A DNA stretch of 64,000 bases from a virus (taxonomy: Duplodnaviria; Caudoviricetes). The stretch lies in the IMG/VR virus record IMGVR_UViG_3300025383_000009. One strand, given 5' to 3'. Under the pieces are notes generated by a model that was not told where the DNA came from, ran no database searches, and worked only from the letters and a program-made list of their open reading frames with translations. This document shows, piece by piece, positions 18,711-27,744 of this stretch. Numbering within the stretch: position 1 is the first letter of the stretch; each line of letters begins with the position of its first letter. A program made the translations under genes and the position numbers.

Positions 18711-19049
18711 TTACTTGCCTTTCTTTTCTTTAAGTGAATTAATAATTTGCACGGCTTCCACTGACAATTCTTGTCTACTTCTTTTTTGCATATTTCGCAC
18801 TTCATATTTTACCTTTACTCTACAAAAATTCTTATGTTGAAACATGTGAAACGTACTACAATCTTTATCTACTATCTTACTTATTGCATGGTCAGTCAAT
18901 GTCTTACCTGTAGACACTGATGATAATCCATCACCCACTGTCTTTACTTCAGATGCTACCTTAATAGCTTCAATTGTACCAGGATTTAAAGCTATACATC
19001 CATTGATACTAACCAAAGAAAGACTCAAGAGAAGCTTTCTCTTCAGCAT
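18711..19049 (-). CDS. Putative lipoprotein
   Basis: MLKRKLLLSLSLVSINGC lipobox-like start; overlaps the polymerase 3' end. Confidence 0.55.
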   Translation of the reverse strand: MLKRKLLLSLSLVSINGCIALNPGTIEAIKVASEVKTVGDGLSSVSTGKTLTDHAISKIVDKDCSTFHMFQHKNFCRVKVKYEVRNMQKRSRQELSVEAVQIINSLKEKKGK

Positions 19050-21492
19050 GCCATCCTAACGGATCAATAACAATGTTTAGTGCATCGAGGAATACCTTCT
19101 CGAACTGTAGATCATAATCTATATAGTCATCAAGACCAAACTCAGATGGTAATACACTATTAAACGAGATGACGTTCTCATTGATAGGGTTTGGTGTACG
19201 TAGGTACACAAACTTGATCTTGTTTCCATTAGTGATAGGCTCATACTTACGTGTTAAGCCTTTCATCTTGAGGTAGTGGTTAAACAGTAGTGCACCCCGA
19301 ACTTGGATAGGTGTACCTTTCTTGTATATCGGTGTGCCGCTGTATTCTTTTAAGGAAGATACCGATCTAGGAAAAGACACATCAGGGATAGAGAGTTTCT
19401 GGAAATCCTTCTTGAATTCTTTGACGAACGTCTGAAGTGCACTTTGGTCCTTATGCAAGATGACCTCAAGTGCATCCTTGAGTTTCTTGCGTACGACAGC
19501 AGGTGTCGACGATTTGACCATTTCAAGGCCCATAACTTTAATCTTAGGTTTCGCATATTGTACTCCTTCGGAATTATGTACGTTTAACACATATCGTTTC
19601 TTGGCAACCCATATTGCCTTATCAGCCAACACTTCGCGTTTCATCGACATCTTTTGTGCATAGGCATTCATGTACTCTGCGAGTTCTTGATACCCACCAT
19701 CAATGAATGGTTGGATAACCTGTTCACATGTCTTATCCATAAACTTAATCTTATCTTCAGGTGTTTTACCTGCACACACCTTCTCAACTAGATCTTCGAG
19801 TGATAGATAGATCGAATCGGTGTCGATAGCGATCACATAGTCTTTGTCATCAGTCTTGAGTGTCTTGTTCATAAACTGATTAAGCTTGTTAGCCATCCAT
19901 CGAATACTTAGTTGACCTGACAGTGTGATGCCTTCTGCGATACGTAGATCATAGTATCTAAAGTACTTATTACCGATCGCACCGTAAGCTGAGTTCAATG
20001 CGATCTTCATGGCCATCTGTAGGTTCTTGAGACGTGAGATGTCTTTGACCAACTGTGGATCTTTGTTATGTTCGTACTCTTGTTCAGCTTTTAACATCTG
20101 CTTCTTAAACTTAGAACGGTTGTTGTACATCTCTTCCATCAGTGCTGGTAAGAAACCTTTCTTATCTTTTGTGTAGCACCAACCATTACCTGATGTTGAT
20201 AGACCGACTGGTACATTCATCGGCGTTTTAGCTAATAGTTTATCCACGTTTATATCGATACGAGTATCAGTTAATGTTTCAGGTGACATGTTATACTGCA
20301 TGATAAGGTGTGGATACAGTGAGTTCAAGTCGAATGATGCAACCCATTTATGAGGACCAACGAGTGGATCCTTAACATAAGCACCTTCAAATACCTCTGA
20401 CTTGCCATTATCCTCTTTGAGAGGGATCGTGATGTTACGTTCATACAGGTAATTGAATATGATGCAGTCCCACATCCGTACAGGAGAGAATACATCCTCA
20501 TAGTTGATCTTAGAGCTATAAGCTAGAGTATAGACAAGTTCAATGAGCTTCATCTTATCTTCGAGTTCATCTACGAGTTCAGTATCGTGGATGTTATAAT
20601 CTACGAATGTTTTCCAATGATCAGTGTAGAAGTCTTTGAAGTTATCCTCAGGATTCTCAAGCTTCTTCTTGCCGAGTTCTACGCTTGCGATATAGTCAAG
20701 CTTATATGATTCTTGGTTTGTATAGGTAAACTTCTTATATAGGTCGAGGTAATCTAAGACTGATATACCTACAAAGTTATATGATTGGATCGATGTACCA
20801 CCACCCACATAAGCTTTCTTATCGTTAACTATACCCCATGGAGACATACGTTTGACATATTCATCACCTAGTACAAGACGGATCCGGTTGACAAGGTATG
20901 GTATATCGAATGCATTGATGTTCCAACCAGTGACCACATCAGGATAGTTGTTAGACCAAAATACGACGAACATCTTGAGTAAGTCTGATTCATCTTTACA
21001 GTGCATATACTTTACATCCTTACGATCAGTCATGTATGGACGAGAACCAAAAGTTACGATCTGTTTGTGATGGTTATCTTTAATAGTGATAAGCAATACT
21101 TCTTCGTTTGCTTCAGATACGTTTGGAAAACCATTCTCAGTTGCAGTCTCGATGTCGATTGAGAATAGCTTGATCATATCCTTATCCCAGTTTATGGTCT
21201 TAGGATAAGTCTCTGTGATGTATTGGTATTGGAATTGCGTTTGACCATGGAATGTAAAGCCTTCCACGTCTTTATAGCGTTCTACATATTCCATGCCTTC
21301 TTTGATGGATTCGAACTTAACAGGAGACACTGGTGTGCCTTCCAATGTATGCCAATCAGAATCACCATCTTTTTTAGGTACGAATAATGTGGGACGGTAA
21401 GGCACTTTACTCTTGAATGCTTGACCGTTATTGACATAACGGAGCAATAGAGAATTACCGTACTTGACTACGTTTGTATAGAATCTACTCAT
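19009..21492 (-). CDS. gp43: Family B DNA polymerase
   Basis: DIETA exonuclease, SFDLNSLYP, KIALNSAYG, IDTDS. Confidence 0.98.
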   Translation of the reverse strand: MSRFYTNVVKYGNSLLLRYVNNGQAFKSKVPYRPTLFVPKKDGDSDWHTLEGTPVSPVKFESIKEGMEYVERYKDVEGFTFHGQTQFQYQYITETYPKTINWDKDMIKLFSIDIETATENGFPNVSEANEEVLLITIKDNHHKQIVTFGSRPYMTDRKDVKYMHCKDESDLLKMFVVFWSNNYPDVVTGWNINAFDIPYLVNRIRLVLGDEYVKRMSPWGIVNDKKAYVGGGTSIQSYNFVGISVLDYLDLYKKFTYTNQESYKLDYIASVELGKKKLENPEDNFKDFYTDHWKTFVDYNIHDTELVDELEDKMKLIELVYTLAYSSKINYEDVFSPVRMWDCIIFNYLYERNITIPLKEDNGKSEVFEGAYVKDPLVGPHKWVASFDLNSLYPHLIMQYNMSPETLTDTRIDINVDKLLAKTPMNVPVGLSTSGNGWCYTKDKKGFLPALMEEMYNNRSKFKKQMLKAEQEYEHNKDPQLVKDISRLKNLQMAMKIALNSAYGAIGNKYFRYYDLRIAEGITLSGQLSIRWMANKLNQFMNKTLKTDDKDYVIAIDTDSIYLSLEDLVEKVCAGKTPEDKIKFMDKTCEQVIQPFIDGGYQELAEYMNAYAQKMSMKREVLADKAIWVAKKRYVLNVHNSEGVQYAKPKIKVMGLEMVKSSTPAVVRKKLKDALEVILHKDQSALQTFVKEFKKDFQKLSIPDVSFPRSVSSLKEYSGTPIYKKGTPIQVRGALLFNHYLKMKGLTRKYEPITNGNKIKFVYLRTPNPINENVISFNSVLPSEFGLDDYIDYDLQFEKVFLDALNIVIDPLGWHAEEKASLESFFG

Positions 21493-21498
21493 GATATA

Positions 21499-21527
21499 AT
21501 TATACCACCAAAGTTATTTAATGTACA
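21499..21527 (-). promoter_or_regulatory. Early promoter TGTACA-N17-TATAAT
   Basis: Upstream of gp43; matches the repeated consensus. Confidence 0.7.
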
Positions 21528-21528
21528 C

Positions 21529-21816
21529 TTATTCCTTGACGGGATAGAAGTTTGTGGCAGGGAATGTAGATGAATCTCCACCAATCCATTGGATCTTGAT
21601 GTTACCCTTGATGGTTTGGTCATTAATCCAGCATCCTTTAAGATAATGCTTGTCAATCCTTTGTGCTGCAGCTCTCTTACCACCATATTGTTTAGGACAC
21701 TCATTATTTGATAAGACGATTCGTACATTCTCATTGTATTGATAGACCAAATATTCATCAGGCGCCTCAGCTGCATATACAACCAAAGGCAATAGTAAAA
21801 GCGTCAGATATTTCAT
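21529..21816 (-). CDS. Hypothetical secreted protein
   Basis: N-terminal signal peptide ending VYA; GGAG RBS. Confidence 0.6.
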   Translation of the reverse strand: MKYLTLLLLPLVVYAAEAPDEYLVYQYNENVRIVLSNNECPKQYGGKRAAAQRIDKHYLKGCWINDQTIKGNIKIQWIGGDSSTFPATNFYPVKE

Positions 21817-21851
21817 GATCGCTCCTTATTGAAGTAGGTTTTATATTTATG

Positions 21852-22049
21852 CTACCAATGCCTCAATATACCTGCTATGATGAATATACATGTGATAAGA
21901 TTAATGACTGCTATGATAGTCCTAAATAACGCCACACTATCTGCTTCATCATCACACTCAGATGCTTTCTCACCTAATGCTTTTGCCCATAACCTCCAAA
22001 GTGTTTTATGTTTTGGTGGTTGGTCTAAAAAATCATGTTCTAAAATCAT
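21852..22049 (-). CDS. Small membrane protein
   Basis: WRLWAKALGEKA followed by a C-terminal hydrophobic helix. Confidence 0.65.
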   Translation of the reverse strand: MILEHDFLDQPPKHKTLWRLWAKALGEKASECDDEADSVALFRTIIAVINLITCIFIIAGILRHW

Positions 22050-23332
22050 TTTATACCCCCAGACGAATCTGCTTTATCTTTGTCCTCACGGATCTCCACA
22101 AAGATTGGGAGGAATAAACTCTCATCTTCGTGTTTACTCCTAATACGAGCGTTGTACTTGATAGCCACCACCTTACCGAGGACATCTTGCTTTTTAATCT
22201 TCTTGCGATCTTCATCGTTAAATCCACTCCCTACTTTAACTTTAATAATGCCATCCTCTGATTCACAGACGAGGGCTCCTAACATACCTTCATACTTTCC
22301 TGTGCCGTCTTCAACATCGACGATCTTTAAATCACATTCTAATTCACCTTTGAACTTAATCAAAGACTTAGATCTTTTATTTTCCCAAAATGCTTTTGGA
22401 TCCTTGAGGATAATACCTTCCTCACCGATATCGTAGTACTCTTTAAACTTAGCTTGTGCTTCCTCAATGTTATTGACTATGAAGTTAGGCACTATTGATA
22501 TCTTTTCAGATGGTGGATATAACTCATCCATCCTATATTCATATTCTACAGGACATTCACCATCTATGAAGTATGCATAAGGAATATAATCCCACACCGT
22601 GGCTCTAACCATAGCTGCTTCAGCTGCTGATATCGTACCCTTTAACGCTTTGTTAAGGATACCATTTCCTGTTTGTCTGTTTAATGGAAAGCCACTATCG
22701 TCGTATACGAGTAACTCACCATCAAATACACAATCACGTCCATTTGACTTATCTATAAACTCTTGTTCAAGGTTACCTAACAAGTCGATCGTCTTACCGT
22801 TGCGAGACTTGAATTCACATTGACCATCGCGAACGACGGCATTAAACCTCATGCCGTCGAGTTTTAACTGTACGTATGCTGGCCATTTCATCTTATCAAC
22901 CAGCTTCTGTTCATATTGGGATGCTAACATACATGGATAGTCAACGACTAATCCAAGCCAAACATCATTGGCTGTAGCAGTAGATACACCGCATCGCAGG
23001 TCCTTAGCTATGATACGTTCAAGTACCATGGCATTTTTCGGAGAGAGTGAAGTAAGGACCTGTGTGAGGTGTTCTATTGCAGCATGACCAGTTACGGCCC
23101 TACTGCTTAACTCAAACAGTTGATCCATTGCTTGCATAAGGCATCCACTCCCAGTCGCCTCATACTTTGGAATCTTTCTAATGTAGAACTGTGTAAACGG
23201 ATCTAATGCTAATCGAACCACTTCGCGTAGGACTTGATTGTCCTTATGCTCTTCAAGCTTTGCGATCTTATAGTTACGCGAAGCGTTAGCAGCAAGATCC
23301 TCTAATATATCAAATACTTCCATTAAATCCAC
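22046..23332 (-). CDS. gp30: ATP-dependent DNA ligase
   Basis: QLKLDGMR, VFDGELL, EEGIILK, GTGKYEGMLG OB domain. Confidence 0.96.
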   Translation of the reverse strand: MDLMEVFDILEDLAANASRNYKIAKLEEHKDNQVLREVVRLALDPFTQFYIRKIPKYEATGSGCLMQAMDQLFELSSRAVTGHAAIEHLTQVLTSLSPKNAMVLERIIAKDLRCGVSTATANDVWLGLVVDYPCMLASQYEQKLVDKMKWPAYVQLKLDGMRFNAVVRDGQCEFKSRNGKTIDLLGNLEQEFIDKSNGRDCVFDGELLVYDDSGFPLNRQTGNGILNKALKGTISAAEAAMVRATVWDYIPYAYFIDGECPVEYEYRMDELYPPSEKISIVPNFIVNNIEEAQAKFKEYYDIGEEGIILKDPKAFWENKRSKSLIKFKGELECDLKIVDVEDGTGKYEGMLGALVCESEDGIIKVKVGSGFNDEDRKKIKKQDVLGKVVAIKYNARIRSKHEDESLFLPIFVEIREDKDKADSSGGIK

Positions 23333-23571
23333 TCTTCAGGTGTAAGTTGTAAATTTTGACCAATACGTTTCATAAGTGCATCGGCTATCTCTACTTGAAC
23401 GTCATAGTCACTGATGCCTTCATCGTTGAATATTTCAGTGAGTCTTTCGTTTATCATATCTATGACATCATCAGTGAAAAAGCCTGAGTGATCGTCTACG
23501 AATTCTGTGATTACTTTTGCGTTGTTTACTTGTGTGACTGACATGTTATCTCCTATAGATGTAGACATCAA
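23323..23571 (-). CDS. Hypothetical early protein
   Basis: Acidic ORF in early operon. Confidence 0.55.
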   Translation of the reverse strand: MMSTSIGDNMSVTQVNNAKVITEFVDDHSGFFTDDVIDMINERLTEIFNDEGISDYDVQVEIADALMKRIGQNLQLTPEEWI

Positions 23572-23845
23572 GTTTAGTTGCGTTCTTGATACCGCCCACG
23601 ATGTTACCAGCCCAATCGTATGAAACTGGATTGAATGAACCGCGATGGTAATAACCAGATGGTGTAGGCATCTTAACTAGTGGTTTACGACCACGAAGCA
23701 CAACGCGTTTCTTATTAGTACGATTTTCGTTTGTGATTGCTACAGCTTGCTTGATGATGTTTAGCTTTTCCATATCAGCAACTGAATTGACATCGACTGT
23801 CATTACATAGCTTTTAGATGTTCTCATCTTAACACCTCCGCACAA
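23546..23845 (-). CDS. Hypothetical early protein
   Basis: Operon packing; likely start MRTSKSY. Confidence 0.6.
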   Translation of the reverse strand: MCGGVKMRTSKSYVMTVDVNSVADMEKLNIIKQAVAITNENRTNKKRVVLRGRKPLVKMPTPSGYYHRGSFNPVSYDWAGNIVGGIKNATKLDVYIYRR

Positions 23846-24054
23846 CCAGCAGGGATCCTACGATTAAGACGACGGATTTGTTCCATCGTTTCTCTTAGGA
23901 CTTTTTTGAGGTTTGAAGGTTCTTGAACTGAAGCGATGGCCTTTTCGATATCCATTGCAAAGATTACAAGTTCTGTTCTACGGTTGAACTTAGCAGCATG
24001 TTCTGCTGGGACTAAGTACTTTTCACCAAATTGACTTACTATTACTTTTTGCAT
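23824..24054 (-). CDS. Hypothetical early protein
   Basis: AAGGAG RBS, first gene after the promoter at 24083-24111. Confidence 0.65.
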   Translation of the reverse strand: MQKVIVSQFGEKYLVPAEHAAKFNRRTELVIFAMDIEKAIASVQEPSNLKKVLRETMEQIRRLNRRIPAGCAEVLR

Positions 24055-24082
24055 TAATCTCTCTCCTTATTAATATAGAACC

Positions 24083-24111
24083 ATTATACCAAACTGATGA
24101 ATTAATGTACA
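24083..24111 (-). promoter_or_regulatory. Early promoter TGTACA-N17-TATAAT
   Basis: Exact consensus preceded by GGCCTA. Confidence 0.75.
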
Positions 24112-24141
24112 TAGGCCAGCTAAAATTAAATTGTCTATATG

Positions 24142-24176
24142 GATCAATAACTTGCATAATATATAAGTCTTTGATT
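24142..24176. promoter_or_regulatory. Two oppositely oriented IHF-consensus boxes (WATCAANNNNTTR)
   Basis: gATCAATAACTTG at 24142-24154 (+); AATCAAAGACTTA at 24164-24176 (-). Confidence 0.55.
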
Positions 24177-24197
24177 ACATTGGGCTTTTATTTGGGT

Positions 24198-24221
24198 GTG
24201 CCCGGGAGCGCCCAGGACAGC
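24198..24221 (+). repeat. 24-bp GC-rich element, inverted copy at 43706-43729
   Basis: gtgcccgggagcgcccaggacagc vs reverse complement gtgcccggcagctcccaggacagc (2 mismatches). Confidence 0.85.
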
Positions 24222-24246
24222 GATTACTATAGGTTATATCGTACTA

Positions 24247-24453
24247 TTAAGCGCAGTCTGAAAGTGATTCCAGCCAGCGTTTGCTACATACTGCGTCTTT
24301 GGGACCACATGGATAGTCATTCACTGTTTCAGTCTTGACTTGTTTTGCCTCAAATACTGTGGTGATCTTTTCATCGACGACGATCACTTCGTCTTTTTGT
24401 TTGAATTCCATTGCTTTTCCTTGTGGGAGTTTATTGAGTTGGATTTTGTCCAT
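24247..24453 (-). CDS. Hypothetical protein
   Basis: Operon packing. Confidence 0.55.
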   Translation of the reverse strand: MDKIQLNKLPQGKAMEFKQKDEVIVVDEKITTVFEAKQVKTETVNDYPCGPKDAVCSKRWLESLSDCA

Positions 24454-24637
24454 TATTATTTATCTTTTTTACGTGTTTAAAAATCTTAAGCTGCCAAGCA
24501 AATCTGCGTGGCTCTACATCAGGGTGTGCTAGTCGTTCTCCATAGAATTCATAGAGTTGACTCCATAATTCTTCTAATCCCATAATGCGGTATAGTATTT
24601 TCCAAAAAGGTTTAATCCATTTTGAATACGAGCCCAA
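24431..24637 (-). CDS. Hypothetical protein
   Basis: Operon packing; true start probably MGLEELW. Confidence 0.5.
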   Translation of the reverse strand: MGSYSKWIKPFWKILYRIMGLEELWSQLYEFYGERLAHPDVEPRRFAWQLKIFKHVKKINNNGQNPTQ

Positions 24638-25206
24638 TGTTTATCATGAGCCTTCTTATCGAACTTCAATGTGTGCTTAGGACCCTTTTTTATTTCAACG
24701 TTACCGTTAGGTAATTTAACCCATTTTTGATCTACTTTACCTGTCCAGAATGGTGCAGCCCAATCTTCTTTACTTAACTCTGTAAATGACCATATCATCT
24801 GATCCATCACATAGTCCCAGCGTTTAAAATAATTCTTGTCCGTCTCACCATTCTTTGATTGTACTTTACGTTTATCTCTTAAGTTTGTAGGAACATCTTT
24901 GTTATCAACATGTGGTGCACCATGCTTGTCCTTCTTAAGTTGCTTAAGCATAGGCAAGATAATAGGTGTAAGAGTGCTATCCATCGACCATGTATCCCAT
25001 TTGTCTATTTTAATATACTGAATATCTCGTTCAAAGATACGTCTAATATCAAATAAGACTGAGCAGAACCAACCAAGTTTTGTGTACTTGATTATGTTTT
25101 CAACTAATGGTTCGTCATAGTCAATCTCACGCCAAAAGATTACCTTCTCAACAATTTCATATGGAGAGATCCAACTATCTTTTGGTTTATTCATATAAAT
25201 TTTCAT
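24574..25206 (-). CDS. Conserved hypothetical phage protein
   Basis: KIDKWDTWSMD...RWDYVMDQMIWSF...GLNLFGKYY..LWD pattern. Confidence 0.75.
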   Translation of the reverse strand: MKIYMNKPKDSWISPYEIVEKVIFWREIDYDEPLVENIIKYTKLGWFCSVLFDIRRIFERDIQYIKIDKWDTWSMDSTLTPIILPMLKQLKKDKHGAPHVDNKDVPTNLRDKRKVQSKNGETDKNYFKRWDYVMDQMIWSFTELSKEDWAAPFWTGKVDQKWVKLPNGNVEIKKGPKHTLKFDKKAHDKHWARIQNGLNLFGKYYTALWD

Positions 25207-25439
25207 AGCATGCTCCTTACCTTTTTAAATACTTCTCGTCTATCACTAAATTTAACTTTGCCCTGTATTTCAACAGGACTAAAAAATGCAGTCCAGCCAT
25301 GATCAGCATGAAATGTTCCTGTAACTTTTTTACCATTAATTGTATCAAAATAAATCCAAGGGTAATTGGCCGCAAAGGTTACATCTATACCTAATTTATT
25401 AAGTCTCGACTTAAATGTTTTTATTCGATATTCATTCAT
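25203..25439 (-). CDS. Hypothetical protein
   Basis: ATGA-coupled to neighbours. Confidence 0.6.
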   Translation of the reverse strand: MNEYRIKTFKSRLNKLGIDVTFAANYPWIYFDTINGKKVTGTFHADHGWTAFFSPVEIQGKVKFSDRREVFKKVRSML

Positions 25440-25630
25440 TTGCTTCTCCTAAAATAATGTCTCCACAGCGCAGACCTAATGATGCTGACCGCTGTGAATA
25501 TCAACGTGATGCCCATACTGTCCCAAATAGTTGGGTGTAATCCGAACCATGGGAATATGATTATCTGTATGAGCAGTGACAAAAGGAAACCACTACCAAC
25601 ATCTATGAAGCTTTCAATGAAGTGGTTCAT
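25436..25630 (-). CDS. Small two-helix membrane protein
   Basis: Two hydrophobic segments; coupled stop/start. Confidence 0.65.
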   Translation of the reverse strand: MNHFIESFIDVGSGFLLSLLIQIIIFPWFGLHPTIWDSMGITLIFTAVSIIRSALWRHYFRRSK

Positions 25631-25803
25631 TTCATCTCACGTCTACATTCGATGATAACATTATATATGCCTTTGGATCCGTAATCATGCTCGATCTCAT
25701 CAGCTCTTACATTACAAGCATGTAGATCGTAACATGGCTCTCTACCTATCTCTTTCGGTGTTCCATGAACCAGCATACTTATGACTAAGATGTAGGAATA
25801 CAT
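25627..25803 (-). CDS. Hypothetical protein
   Basis: Start revised to MYSYIL at 25803, overlapping the upstream stop. Confidence 0.55.
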   Translation of the reverse strand: MYSYILVISMLVHGTPKEIGREPCYDLHACNVRADEIEHDYGSKGIYNVIIECRREMK

Positions 25804-25967
25804 TAATGCACCGTTGGAATTAATAATTCCGCAGTTAAATTCCAATCCTCGACCTTAGCTCCTCGCGGTACATCAATACCTTCAATGATTGCCTTCTTAA
25901 CAAACTCCATAAGAAGAGCGTTATAAACTTCGTCAGGTATCTCTTTAATATCTAATTTAATCTTCAC
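25803..25967 (-). CDS. 54-aa hypothetical protein missing from ORF track
   Basis: GTG start directly after the phosphoesterase stop: MKIKLDIKEIPDEVYNALLMEFVKKAII...PTVH*. Confidence 0.6.
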   Translation of the reverse strand: MKIKLDIKEIPDEVYNALLMEFVKKAIIEGIDVPRGAKVEDWNLTAELLIPTVH

Positions 25968-26738
25968 TTATACCTCCACATATTTTAATTTAAAAGAACC
26001 GTGCTGATTTTCTCGTGGATATCCACGAGGGTTACACACAACACGGGTTATTCCAATTGTATAATCAAACTCATCATGTGTATGACCATGTACCCATAGT
26101 TTAATATTATCGCTAAGCTCCATCATGTAATCAAGCTTATTATGAAATGCGCCATTCATAAGAGTTTCATGCTTATACTTAGGATGACAACTATTTTCAG
26201 ATGGACTATGATGCGTTATCACTACACAATCTTTAGAGTTGCTCAATGCGTGTTTAATATACTCGAGACTCTTTTTGTTTTCTTTTGTGGATTGCTCAGG
26301 TGTATACTTATAATAGTTTACACCATCAAAGTACTTGACAATCCTAAAATCAGGCATTGAAAATAAAGCAGCGTTCATCGTCATAGGATCTTCATTATTC
26401 ATGTCTGTCCATAGAGTAGAGCCAATAAATGTCTTGTCTTCTAACTCAAACGTTTCATTATCTAATACATGGATGTTCTCCCATGTTGATAATGTTTCCT
26501 TTAGATCGTTTACTGTATCATTAAACATATAGTTATAATGCTCATGGTTACCCACCACATACAGCACATGTTTAAACTGCTCAGAGCAATTCTTAAAAAA
26601 ATCTAAGTATTGATATTTTTGAAGATGCTTAACTACGCATATATCACCTGCAAGGATAAGCACATCAGCGTTCTCAGTATTATTTAATGTAATAGCTTCA
26701 AACTCCAAGTGTAGATCTGATGCGATTGCTAGTTTCAT
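25968..26738 (-). CDS. Calcineurin-like metallophosphoesterase
   Basis: SDLHLE, LAGDI, VGNHE, ITHHSP, HGHTH. Confidence 0.93.
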   Translation of the reverse strand: MKLAIASDLHLEFEAITLNNTENADVLILAGDICVVKHLQKYQYLDFFKNCSEQFKHVLYVVGNHEHYNYMFNDTVNDLKETLSTWENIHVLDNETFELEDKTFIGSTLWTDMNNEDPMTMNAALFSMPDFRIVKYFDGVNYYKYTPEQSTKENKKSLEYIKHALSNSKDCVVITHHSPSENSCHPKYKHETLMNGAFHNKLDYMMELSDNIKLWVHGHTHDEFDYTIGITRVVCNPRGYPRENQHGSFKLKYVEV

Positions 26739-26757
26739 TCTTTGCTCTTTTTACCTA

Positions 26758-26979
26758 TTATAAAATTCCAATGTTATGTAGTAGTAAGAATAGTAGCACA
26801 AAGAAACCTATAATCCACCAATTAATCTTTTCGCTTGGACTTTTGATACCTTTGAACTGAGATTGATATTCACCCCATCCGATTTCCTTAGTGCTGTGCG
26901 GGAAATGATACTGTCTTGGATCACGGTTGTAATCCCAGTACCCACCCCAATTATCTGTGCGTCTATCTTTTTCAGGCAT
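26758..26979 (-). CDS. Small membrane-anchored protein
   Basis: C-terminal hydrophobic helix. Confidence 0.55.
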   Translation of the reverse strand: MPEKDRRTDNWGGYWDYNRDPRQYHFPHSTKEIGWGEYQSQFKGIKSPSEKINWWIIGFFVLLFLLLHNIGIL

Positions 26980-27338
26980 TACCCTCTCCTCATCTTTGAA
27001 ATATCGACTGCGTCTTCTGCTTTAAAAATTGGCACTGCGTTTGATTTGTGCAACTGACCGATACCTAACATAGCATCACCAGTATACTGCATCACGGCTT
27101 TTTTACCAGTCCCACCTGCTCCAGTGTCCAGACTAGGGATATGGCTAGTGCTACGACTAGGATCCACGATAACACGAGGATGATCCAAGCTAATAATACG
27201 GGATGGTTTTTGTACCACTTTTTTAGTAGGTTTAACATCGTACTTCTCCAATAGTTTTTGCCATGAAGCCCTTTGTGCACGTTGCTTGGCGTTTGGCTTA
27301 CGAGGTTTACGTTTAGGTATGTGTGTATGAATAATCAT
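26979..27338 (-). CDS. Conserved hypothetical T4-like protein
   Basis: GIGQLHKSNAVPIF...DISKMRR. Confidence 0.7.
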   Translation of the reverse strand: MIIHTHIPKRKPRKPNAKQRAQRASWQKLLEKYDVKPTKKVVQKPSRIISLDHPRVIVDPSRSTSHIPSLDTGAGGTGKKAVMQYTGDAMLGIGQLHKSNAVPIFKAEDAVDISKMRRG

Positions 27339-27673
27339 TAAGCAGATTCCAATTCGTTTTGTTTTTCACGGTAATACTCGAGAAGATCATAAACACGAGT
27401 TGACTCGCTTGAATAGATAACCCAGTTACCATACTCTTGACGAGAAAAGTCGTTGACATACTCGAATCCACCATAATACTTAACACTACGATCGTCAACT
27501 TTGTTGATGATGATATAATCAAAGCCATCAGTGTAAGCGTAGCCAAAAGATCTACGGTCCATACCAAAAGCTTCGGGTTCTACTTTAGTATAGTCTGATC
27601 CATTGAGCATTATCTCAAAGTCTTGATCAAATTTATTTAATAAGTTATACATAATTAATCTCTTCGTTATCAA
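27338..27673 (-). CDS. Hypothetical early protein
   Basis: First gene after the promoter at 27685-27713. Confidence 0.6.
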   Translation of the reverse strand: MITKRLIMYNLLNKFDQDFEIMLNGSDYTKVEPEAFGMDRRSFGYAYTDGFDYIIINKVDDRSVKYYGGFEYVNDFSRQEYGNWVIYSSESTRVYDLLEYYREKQNELESA

Positions 27674-27684
27674 TTTATATAACT

Positions 27685-27744
27685 ATTATACCAAATTAGC
27701 TAATTAATGTACATAATTAAATATGTATATAAATCAATAACTTA
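27685..27744 (-). promoter_or_regulatory. Early promoter TGTACA-N17-TATAAT plus upstream IHF-consensus box
   Basis: -10 at 27685-27690, -35 at 27708-27713; AATCAATAACTTA at 27732-27744. Confidence 0.7.

Noticed and set aside
19009-21492. Introns or inteins in polymerase, terminase or helicase genes
   Set aside because: These ORFs are continuous and of normal length.
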